This document shows positions 12,601 to 21,236 of a stretch of 64,000 nucleotides of DNA, piece by piece. Position numbers and translations under genes: made by a program. How positions within the stretch are numbered: position 1 is the stretch's first letter; each line of letters starts with the position of its first letter. Origin of the DNA: Haliotis cracherodii (Eukaryota); assembly GCF_022045235.1 (NCBI RefSeq), contig NW_027266264.1:22382001-22446000 (forward strand), in the 5' to 3' direction. Below the pieces are notes generated by a model. That model saw only the letters and a list, made by a program, of their open reading frames with translations, made no database searches and was not told where the DNA came from.

Positions 12601-15495
12601 AATCAGTCGTACGAGCCGTTACTATCGTTCGGAATACCCCGTGCTAACGTTTTCGAGGTTGCATGATAAGAAAATACATTCCGACTGTCACTTTCATGAT
12701 CTGGTAAGCCACGCTTTGATTGGTTGGATGAAAGGTCGTTCTGACGCGACCCGTAATGGGATGTCCTCAGATCTTTGTTTAGAGATAGGGAGAACTAAGA
12801 TCTGATTTTAATTAGGTTGAGCATATGCAAATTAGCTTGTAGCGATTAGCATAATTCTTTTAAAATATTCTCAAGAGTCGTCCTATAACTAATCGATCAT
12901 TGAATTGATTATCGTAGTGTTGTATGCGTGCTTTGCTAATGAGGTTCCACCTGTCAATAATGTTGCACGCCTTACCAGGTCAAGGTCAAACTGAGATCCA
13001 TCCTCATCTGTACCAAACAAAGGGCGATAATCCATCGCGGAGGCGGGAATTAGCACGAGTCCTGTACAGGAAGAATGTGAAGAATATGTATACAGTGGTG
13101 CTCTAGGTCATGCAATTGCTTTTAATTTAACCGTCAAGTACAAATATATCCATACTTACCTACTATTCTGACGGGTTGAACAGTATTTGAGATATTTTCA
13201 TACTTACCTATGATACAAAAGAGTTGAACAGTATTTGAGATATTTCCTTACTTGCCTATGATACAGACGAGTTGAACAGTATTTGAGATATTTCCATTCT
13301 TGCCTACAGTACAGACGAGGTGACGTGAGTGCAGACCTACCTACTATACAGACGGACCCGTGAAGATTCAGGTTAGAATAGGTCTTCAGCAACCAATGCT
13401 TGCGGTAAAAGGCGATTATGCTTGTCGTAAGAGGCGACCAACGGGATCGGGTGGTCAGGCTGGCTGACTTGGTCGATGCATGTCATCGTATCCCAGTTAC
13501 GTGGATCAATGCGCATCATGTTAATCACTGGATTCTCTGGTCCAGACACGATTGTTTACAGACCGCCGTCATATAGCTGGAATATTGCTGAGTGCGGCGT
13601 TAAACAACAAACAAACAAACTATACAGACGAGGTGACGTGAGTGCAGACCTACCCACAACATAGATGAATCCCGAGCCCAGGATGGCGTTGTAGCGACCA
13701 GACATAGAATCAGCGATGTAGCCTCCGAATAAAGGCAAAATCAGGGCTGTTCCTGCACAGAGAATATTGCCATTGGTTGTCCTCACCGTTGATATATAAT
13801 ACACTCGTGACCATCACGTGACCACGGCTGGGAAGTACGTGAGATTGAGACATCAATATTATAAATATTCTTTAAAACACTGTGTTCGTGACGTTTAAAC
13901 TGACATCGTTATTCCTGCTTCCAAAACAGTGGTCACACTCTAGAAACGTTACATCTTATTGAGGGTTTTCTTCTCACAGATTGGACACGCAACTAAACGT
14001 TAGAGAATGGTACATCCTAAAATTAACAGGAACAGGATGTTGTTGTGTGTACTGTGTAGTCGTAACGATGTTGTGTGTGCTGTGTCGTGTAGTCATGACG
14101 TTGTTGCGTGTGATGTGACATGTAGTCGTAACGTTGTTGTGTGTGTGCTATGGAGTCGTAAAGTTGTTGTGTGTGTTGTGTCATGTAGTTGTAACGTTGT
14201 GTGTGCTGTGTCGTGCAGTCGTAACACTGTTGTGTCGTGTAGTATCGTCGTTGTGTGTGCTGTGACGTGTGGTCGTAGTTGTGTGTGCTGTGTCGTGTAG
14301 TTGTAACGTTGTTGTGTGTACTGTGTCGTGTAGTCGTAACGTTGCTGTGTCCTGTTGAAACGTCGTTGTGTGTGCTGTGTCGTGTAGTCGTAACGTTGCT
14401 GTGTCCTGTTGAAACGTAGTTGTGTGTGCTGTGTCGTGTAGTCGTAACGTTGCTGTTTCCTGTTGAAACGTAGTTGTGTGTGCTGTGTCGTGTAGTCGTA
14501 ACGTTGCTGTGTCGTGTTGAAACGTAGTTGTGTGTGCTGTGTCGTGTAGTCGTAGTTGTGTGTGCTGTGTCGTGTAGTCGTAGTTGTGTGTGCTGTGTCG
14601 TGTAGTCGTATCGTCGTTGTGTGTGCTGTGTCGTGTAGTCGTAACGTTGCTGTGTCCTGTTGAAACGTTGTTGTGTGTGCTGTGTCGTGTAGTCGTAACG
14701 TTGCTGTGTCGTGTGGTCGTAACGTCGTTGTGTGTGCTGTGTCGTGTAGTCGTAACGTCGTTGTGTGTGCTGTGTCGTGTAGTCGTAACGTCGTTGTGTG
14801 TGCTGTATTGTGATCTAGTTACGATGCTGTTCGACATGCATGTGATGTGTTCAGTATTCGTCACGGTGTATTTTTTCACGTTGTTTTAAGTCGACCCTGC
14901 TGTATTGTCATTACCAATGGCGTTGTAGTTGACGTGCTGTATTGTCGTTAACAAAAGCGCTGTAGTATACGTTGTGTTGTCTTGTAGTAAAAGTATCGTA
15001 TTTTCATTAACAACGATGTTGTAGTCGACGTGCTCTATTGTCGTTAACAAAGGTGTCTGGTAAATGTATCATATTTTCATTAACAACGATGTTGTAGTTG
15101 ATGTGCTGTATTATCGTTAACAACGCTGTTGTAGTCGACGTGTTCTATTGTCGTTAACAAAGGTGCTGTGGTAAACGTATCGTATTTTCATTAACAACGA
15201 TGTTGTAGTCGACGTACTGTCGTAACGGCAGTGTAAAGAGTGAGCACCTACCAGCAAACACCTGATGTATTTTGACAGCCAGTGGAGCCGAGAGCTGCAG
15301 GATGCTGGTGGAGAAGAGCATCTGATTGGCCGTGACGCTGTAGTACGTCAACCGCTCACACATCTCAACGGTGAGGATGAATACTGCAGCAACCACACTC
15401 CGCCACGATAATTTCTGAGCACCGACATCGCCTCCCTCTATTATATGCCTTGATGTATCGCCCTTGTTGGCCACAGTGTCACTACCGTCCTCCAT
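6493..15495 (-). CDS. SLC15A4: SLC15 / POT-PTR2 proton-coupled oligopeptide (peptide/histidine) transporter, SLC15A4-like; complete 10-exon CDS, 540 aa
   Basis: Exons 15252-15495, 13654-13752, 12976-13061, 11743-11882, 11012-11181, 9139-9335, 8330-8516, 7821-8021, 7126-7260, 6493-6656; all GT-AG, total 1623 nt, open frame; motifs EMCERLTYY (ExxERxxYY), GGYIADSMSGRY, GTGGIKATVGPFGAQQ, FFNWFYWFINVGS; exact paralog identity uncertain. Confidence 0.9.
6637..7080. repeat. 42-bp tandem repeat containing the SLC15 exon 10 acceptor
   Basis: aggggtctgaaac recurs at 6651, 6693, 6735, 6777 and onward. Confidence 0.9.
7126..7260 (-). CDS. SLC15A4: SLC15A4-like exon 9 (AFEFGFTQVPSSMQGMMQG...GLGNYIG)
   Basis: EFxxxQxPxSMQG motif; cag acceptor, gtaat donor. 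Confidence 0.92.
7451..7594 (+). mobile_element. Short tRNA-derived SINE family B
   Basis: gtagcctagtgg / ggttcgattccc boxes, tRNA-Asp-like gtcacgc, (ACTC)n tail, TSD tcattgaagyaca. Confidence 0.88.
7821..8021 (-). CDS. SLC15A4: SLC15A4-like exon 8 (GVGMIIAMIGVVVSGVVEIFRK...LQTPQIVIGGMSEVFTFVP)
   Basis: VE..R and QxPQ...G.SE motifs; cag acceptor, gtaat donor. Confidence 0.92.
8330..8516 (-). CDS. SLC15A4: SLC15A4-like exon 7 (AQSITYLQSLRMD...IPFVDRVLYP...LKRI)
   Basis: Q..RMD and IPxxDRxxYP...LKRIG motifs; cag acceptor, gtagg donor. Confidence 0.92.
9139..9335 (-). CDS. SLC15A4: SLC15A4-like exon 6 (central loop and TM7, ...YGGSYDDETV...ACYFQ)
   Basis: GGxY...V loop motif and YFQ; cag acceptor, gtatc donor. 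Confidence 0.88.
9390..10876. repeat. 29-bp minisatellite, ~50 copies (gatacccaggtagttcagacagcagtatc), in SLC15 intron 5
   Basis: Directly visible and highly homogeneous. Confidence 0.97.
11012..11181 (-). CDS. SLC15A4: SLC15A4-like exon 5 (FYWFINVGSTIAFTAVAYVQQDISFTWGY...PPR)
   Basis: FYWxINxGS motif; cag acceptor, gtaag donor. Confidence 0.92.
11743..11882 (-). CDS. SLC15A4: SLC15A4-like exon 4 (TTRRVYYYIALVCIAVGTGGIKATVGPFGAQQ...RSFFNW)
   Basis: Classic GTGGIK...FG.xQ and FFNW POT motifs; aag acceptor, gtgag donor. Confidence 0.92.
12213..12819. mobile_element. Non-autonomous DNA transposon (MITE) with ~90-bp TIRs and a 9-bp TSD
   Basis: caatctcattaaaatcagatct...agatctgattttaattaggttg; flanks agcatacgc/agcatatgc; solo TIRs at ~16562 and ~35672. 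Confidence 0.85.
12976..13061 (-). CDS. SLC15A4: SLC15A4-like exon 3 (GLVLIPASAMDYRPLFGTDEDGSQFDLDL)
   Basis: tacag acceptor, gtaag donor; phases fit both neighbours; absent from the ORF track. Confidence 0.85.
13355..13618 (+). mobile_element. SINE-like retroposon family C (no tRNA head, structured 5' end, (AAAC)n tail)
   Basis: Starts gacccgtgaagat; 12-bp TSD actatacagacg. Confidence 0.88.
13654..13752 (-). CDS. SLC15A4: SLC15A4-like exon 2 (GTALILPLFGGYIADSMSGRYNAILGSGFIYVV)
   Basis: PTR2 signature region; cag acceptor and gtagg donor. Confidence 0.9.
14035..15225. repeat. Compound GT-rich tandem repeats in SLC15 intron 1
   Basis: tgtgtgctgtgtcgtgtagtcgtaacg units, then ~50-bp attaacaacgatgttgtagtcgacgt units. 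Confidence 0.9.
15252..15495 (-). CDS. SLC15A4: SLC15A4-like exon 1 (MEDGSD...VEMCERLTYYS...HQVFA)
   Basis: ATG at 15495-15493; ExxERxxYY motif; g|gtagg donor. Confidence 0.85.
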
Positions 15496-15587
15496 ACTGG
15501 GATACTGGGTGTGATGTGCGCGTGTTATCACAACACACTAAATTGATTAAAGGACCAGTGACTTGTCTTGGCGTAAAATAATTATCA

Positions 15588-15690
15588 GGGCCCTGTTCCA
15601 CAAAGCGATCTTAATGCTTTGACTATCGCAAGCATATGTTAGAGTATACGATCACCTTAGCGCTAAGAGAGCTTTGTGCAACAGGGCACA
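15588..15690. mobile_element. Small Harbinger-like MITE just upstream of the SLC15 start codon
   Basis: gggccctgttccacaaagc...gctttgtgcaacagggcac TIRs, cag flanks; relatives at 24376 and 29590. Confidence 0.65.
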
Positions 15691-16733
15691 GGTGGTCTGA
15701 TACATTTATACACCAAAAGTACTGTATGACCTCGACCTTCGTGTACGGAAGCTGCGAGTAATGTAAGTAAGACCTATTCATGCATTCCCCGAACACCTTG
15801 TGTTATCCTTGAATGTCACGCAAATTTATAGTCTCTATTTAAATTGTCGTTTCTCTTGGTCTGGGGTTGTTTTTGTTGTTTACCTTATATGGCCAACAGA
15901 ATAAATGTCATAATAATTCATTATAAACCCAAATTACGTTTGGGCTCTCTGTTATAGGTTCCCTAAGGGAGGTTCGCTGTGCATGTGTGGCGGTGTTTCC
16001 TCCCAGTGTGACCACACCTCTGACAACATCAGCTCATAGCCGTGACGGCAATTATGTGATTTCACAGACATGTGAGATTTGCAAAATGACACCTCTTTTG
16101 TCATGTGTTTTAACCGCCATCATCCGACAAGAATGTGTTAGTAACACCCAACGAAGTGGTGATTAACATCCCCAGATACAGGCTTTAACGCACATTCCAC
16201 GTGAGCCGGGTACTGTGGGTAGGAGAGTGTATACCTACCTACATCTGACCCCCTCCCCTGTGTCAGCTGGCTACGTAGTACTGATGATGTCTGGAGCGAA
16301 TGAGGTATGTAGGGGAATTGCGGTCACCCGACAGAAACTCAGTTCTTATCTCATTGACAACAAACCAAGTAACATTGAGTATATACGAGGGTCATGACAC
16401 GGGTCTTCCTCGTTGTACACAATAGTAGAGCTCACACGATGATCCGATCTGATATTATTGCGTGAGATCTTCGATAAAGCACGGCGTTCTCTCCGACTCA
16501 GTAATGAGCGCAGTCGGTAACTAGTGAATTTCAAGTTATTTATTGGCAAGGATGTGCAGTTCAATCTCATTAAAATCAGATCTTAGTTCTCGCTCCTGCT
16601 AAACAAAGATCTTTATTTAACCGTGGATACATGCGTTATGTCAATGGTATCTCTGACTACTTGCATGATTTACTACTGGACAGATTTTTAAAATTTCGCC
16701 ATCTCCAATCTGTCCATGTCTTTACACGAAAGT

Positions 16734-17016
16734 GAGTGAGTGAGTGAGTTGGGTTTTAGCGCCGCTTTTAACAGTATTACAGTCATATCGCGGCGTGTCA
16801 GCTTAATGTGGGAGGAAAGCCCAAAATGATGCAGGTCTCAGACGTTTACCACTTCGGTGAAACCCACGAGCACGGGTATGGTGCTGACAAACCTAGAAAC
16901 ATAATCGGGGCGAACCGGGATTCGAACCCACAATCATAGGTTTCTGGCGTGCCCAAGGGACGCAACTCTGCACAGCGAATCGCGGCGCCTTAGACGACTG
17001 GGCCACCCGTGCCCCC
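16734..17016 (-). mobile_element. tRNA(Leu/Ser-like)-headed SINE family D with a V-domain-like body
   Basis: tggcccagtcgtctaaggcgc...gtgggttcgaatccc head; cgtgggtttc...tttcctcccaca body; 12-bp TSD ttacacgaaagt. Confidence 0.88.
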
Positions 17017-17213
17017 TTACACGAAAGTAGTTAGTTAGTTAGTTAGTTAATTAGTTATAGGAGAACTGGTAGTAGACACGGAGGCATGCCTGAATCATTG
17101 TAGACTGTGTATTGGTAGGTTTTCGATTCCATCAACACATTAGATAGATCTTCGACACTTTAGGTCAGAACTTGTCCTTTAACATTCAAAGTACATGTTT
17201 ATAACTGCGAAAC

Positions 17214-17468
17214 GGGGTCACGGGTGGCCCAGTCTTCTAAAGCGCATCCCTTGCGCGTGCCGGAAACCTTTGGACGTGGGTTCGAATCCAGCATTTCCCC
17301 TGATTATGTTTCTGGGTTTGTGAGCACCATACCCGTGTTCGTGGGTTCCACCAAACTGGTAAACGTCTGAGACCTGCACATCATTGGGCTGTCTCCCCAC
17401 ATCAAGATGACAGGCCGTGGTGTAACTGATGTACTGTTCAAAGCGGTGTTAAACAAACTCACACACTC
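17214..17468 (+). mobile_element. SINE family D, diverged, with shorter head
   Basis: Homologous to 16734-17016 in the opposite orientation. Confidence 0.82.
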
Positions 17469-17739
17469 GCTATAAATCCGAAGAGGAATGTACAAACACA
17501 GGGCTCCTAAACCACATTTGAAACACAGCAGTGTTACCTAAGAAACCACGATTCAGTTTGTGATGCAGCAAAACATTCAATGCCCGAAAAGACATCAGCT
17601 GGGCCTGCTCTCGTCACGTTTAATATAGTGTCAAACATTGTTGCGGTAATTTTTACCTATTGAACTTGGTGACAGGGTGATTAGAGAAGTGGCTCTCTCG
17701 CTTCATGTAGCAGTGTTACCATGACTACTGGGGATAAGA

Positions 17740-17984
17740 TTTGTTTGTTTGTTTGTTTGTTGTTTAACGCCGCACTCAGCAATATTCCAGCTATATGATG
17801 GCGGTATTGAATAATCGAGTCTGGACCAGACAATCCAGTGATTGACATCATGTAATTGGGATACGATGACATGCCTCAACCAAGTCAGCGAGCCTGACCT
17901 CCCGATCCCGGGACCCAGCATAATCGCCTTCAACGGCAAGCATGGGTTGCTGAAGACCTGTTCTACCCCGGATCTTCACGGGTC
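17740..17984 (-). mobile_element. Family C copy
   Basis: Reverse-complement homology; same 5' start; TSD-like gggataa. Confidence 0.85.
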
Positions 17985-18038
17985 GGGATAAAAAGCATGA
18001 ACCCGGAGCCGCCTTCTGGTTAGGTTATTGTAAGAGAT

Positions 18039-18180
18039 NNNNNNNNNNNNNNNNNNNNNNNNNNNNNNNNNNNNNNNNNNNNNNNNNNNNNNNNNNNNNN
18101 NNNNNNNNNNNNNNNNNNNNNNNNNNNNNNNNNNNNNNNNNNNNNNNNNNNNNNNNNNNNNNNNNNNNNNNNNNNNNNNN
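18039..18180. other. Assembly gap (N run)
   Basis: n characters. Confidence 1.
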
Positions 18181-19056
18181 TAACCAAACCTGTACCCAAA
18201 CACCAATCAGTCGTAAATACAACAACGTTCCAGTTTACTTAAATGATGTTTATCCATAAACAAACATTCACAAACACAGGCATGATTTACAGTCTACAAC
18301 TTTCAACATGTAATATGTACACACAACGTTCCCACTCATGATAACAAGGTCAAGTTTGGCACATGGAATAATGACACGAATTGTTGATATTTACAAAGAT
18401 TGCTATTCAAGTTCTTATGATCCGACATGCGATTGCGAGTTAGTTTATGCATACGAAATAAACATAATTACACAGATGACACAGGGCACTTGTTATCAGT
18501 GATATCTACCATGTCTTATGTCTGAGTGACCCGTTTCTTAACCTACACCGATGTTGTCATCAAAAATTGACACTGGCATTGTTCACATCGTTTACAAGGC
18601 GTCCATTTGTGAAATTATTCCCTCAAAACGGCCACATACGTCACTGATCATGACACTGGACATTGTCTAGAAAATGATTGTTTAACAGTTCAAAATTTTC
18701 AAACAATACACGTTTAGAAATATTAAAAGCTCCGCAGTGATGAAAGCTTCAATAATGAGAGTTACCTCCCTTGCATTGACTATGCTATCAAACTAAAATA
18801 AACTACCCTCAACGTTGTCGTTTGAGAGGTCTAAAGGTCTTCATCTGTGGTAAAATCGTAATGTATTCAGTATAAAATCATTCAAAATACATTTTGTAAC
18901 ACAACTTACAATCATCTTCTTGTGACACATTTCCCTGTATATTTGAACAGTAAAGCTAGGTCGTGATCAGGAGATGCAGCTCACGACCAGAAGCAATGAT
19001 ATGTACAGAGTGTCGAAAGAACGTCGTGGACAATAATCGATTTGATCCAAAGCGAA

Positions 19057-19226
19057 GTGAGTGAGTGAGTGAGTATGGTTTTACGCCGCTCTAGCAATAT
19101 TCCAGCAATATCACGGCGGGGGACACCAGAAATGGGCTTCACACATTGTACCCATGTCGGGAATCGAACCCGGGTCTTCGGCGTGACGAGCGAACGCTTT
19201 AACCACTAGGCTACCCGACCGCGCCC
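19057..19226 (-). mobile_element. SINE family B
   Basis: Full length; TSD atccaaag(c/a)gaa. Confidence 0.9.
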
Positions 19227-20465
19227 ATCCAAAGAGAAACTTTTGGAGTTAGGAATTGCAAACTTTTAATTTCGAGGCCCCAGTAATCTTGAAATTACAG
19301 TAGCGTTTGGTTACGTGCAAAACCAATCACGAAGTCAGCTAAAGTCACGAAGCACACTACAATCTCCCAGCAGTCCTGAGAATGTTTCTATGGTTACTCT
19401 GGAACTCTTGGTCCTTATGATCTACCAAAAACAACCCTTACGTCATAGCTGTCTGTGACGACCACAATCTCTGTTCCTGATTGTCTCCACGGGTCTAGAC
19501 GTTTTGTCATACCAAAATAACAGGACTGAGCAATACCATGTAGATGTCAGTTCGTGGCAGCATCACGATGCACGGCAAACCAGTTTCTCCCATCAACGCG
19601 AGGACTCTCTGCTTTGAACTGACTCTTTGTAACTGTCAATTCATTCTCCTCCCACTTCTGAGTTGAAGCCATATTAGCAAGCAGTTGATTGTCAAGAAGC
19701 TGGCAGAAGTATGACAGTAATCATATTTGAAACGAATGTCCATTCTACAACCATCGGCGCGCATCAGTTACGGCGAACTGGTGGTATGATCAAATTCGTG
19801 GAGAGGCATGATACTGATGTTCTTCAATGAATGACCCTTCACCGATATAAGCTCACAATTCCTCCCGCTCAAACTCCTTGCTTCACCGTAGGACCGTATA
19901 CTTCATCTTAGGACAACAGGCTCCATCTTAGGACAACAGGCTTCATCTTAGGACAATAGGCTTCATCTTAGGACAATAGGCCTCGCTACACAACATCTCG
20001 GATTCAGCCATACAGACGACGATCAAATTCTTCGTCTGCCAGTTTTGAGAAGTAGTTGAAACTAGCACTAACTGGTTACCTTATTGTCTGAGGTTCAAAC
20101 AGGGCAGAATCTACAATGTTAAATACAGACTGGAAAAAGGCACCAGGCATCGTGGTGCCCCTAGATCCGGTCATTTGTGACTGTAGCCTATGAGGGTTTC
20201 AGCGACACTTGGCCTCATCCTCCCATCACCTTGGTCACAACTCATTCCACTACCCTTCTTCGTAGACTTCACTTCGAACTAAACTCGCACTCTTCTAGTA
20301 ATGACTCACTGTTCATTGAAGTTACCTACTGCCTCAAACCCCTATCCAGCAGCGACATTATCAACAACAACAACAACCCCCGTTTGGTCTGCCCCATGGA
20401 CGATGTTGTCTTCGACTGTGTGTCCCATGTCCTCAATTAGCTGTTGTGTGTCCCTCCCCTGGCCA

Positions 20466-20677
20466 TCACATACATGTGGTCCTGTGTAGCCGACTCCGTA
20501 GTGTCTCCCCGACTGGCTGTTCCGTGTCCCTCCTCTGCTGTTTCACTCGGAAGGGTTTGAGGATGACCTCATGCCAGTTCTCCGGAAGCAAGATAAGCAG
20601 CAGACCGATGCAGATTAACACGAGGGCAGCGATCTTCATCCCCGAGAACTCCCGACCCTTCCACACAGAGTCAGCGA
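20466..20677 (-). CDS. SLC35F3: SLC35F-like terminal exon (VADSVWKGREFSGMKIAALVLICIGLLLILLPENWHE...*)
   Basis: tttccag acceptor; LLLLPE.W motif; TGA at 20468-20466. Confidence 0.9.
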
Positions 20678-21180
20678 CTGGAAACAACGCCAACATATAT
20701 CATTGTTTGTCTGAGAAGATGGGACCAGCGTGAATGTTTTATCAATTACATGACGGGCATATCAGAACAGAAGACAGGTGGTGCGTACACATTTTGTAAG
20801 CATAGTAAACATAGACAAAAAACCAACCTTTTGATTTACAACAAATTACACCAATACCAAACGCGAAATGTTTTCTCAAGCATGCTACAGTACACAGCAC
20901 GCCCGCACGCCGCAAGCACGCACGCACACGGGGCGGGCTGGGACCAGGAACGTATGACGTGGTGGTTGTGTTTTCGCCTTACCTGCACAGAGGGGAATAG
21001 CCACGGCCAGGCCCAGACCGGTAAAGAGTGGATACGTCAGCACAGCGACATAGTTGATCAGTATTTGGTACACTGAAACAGAGGCATTGTCTTCCTTCAG
21101 ACATAACTGTTGTGGTATAATAATCTACCCAGATGTCATACACCTAGGCTAACACTTTGTCAATGACAACATGTCACTAA

Positions 21181-21236
<56 letters not shown>

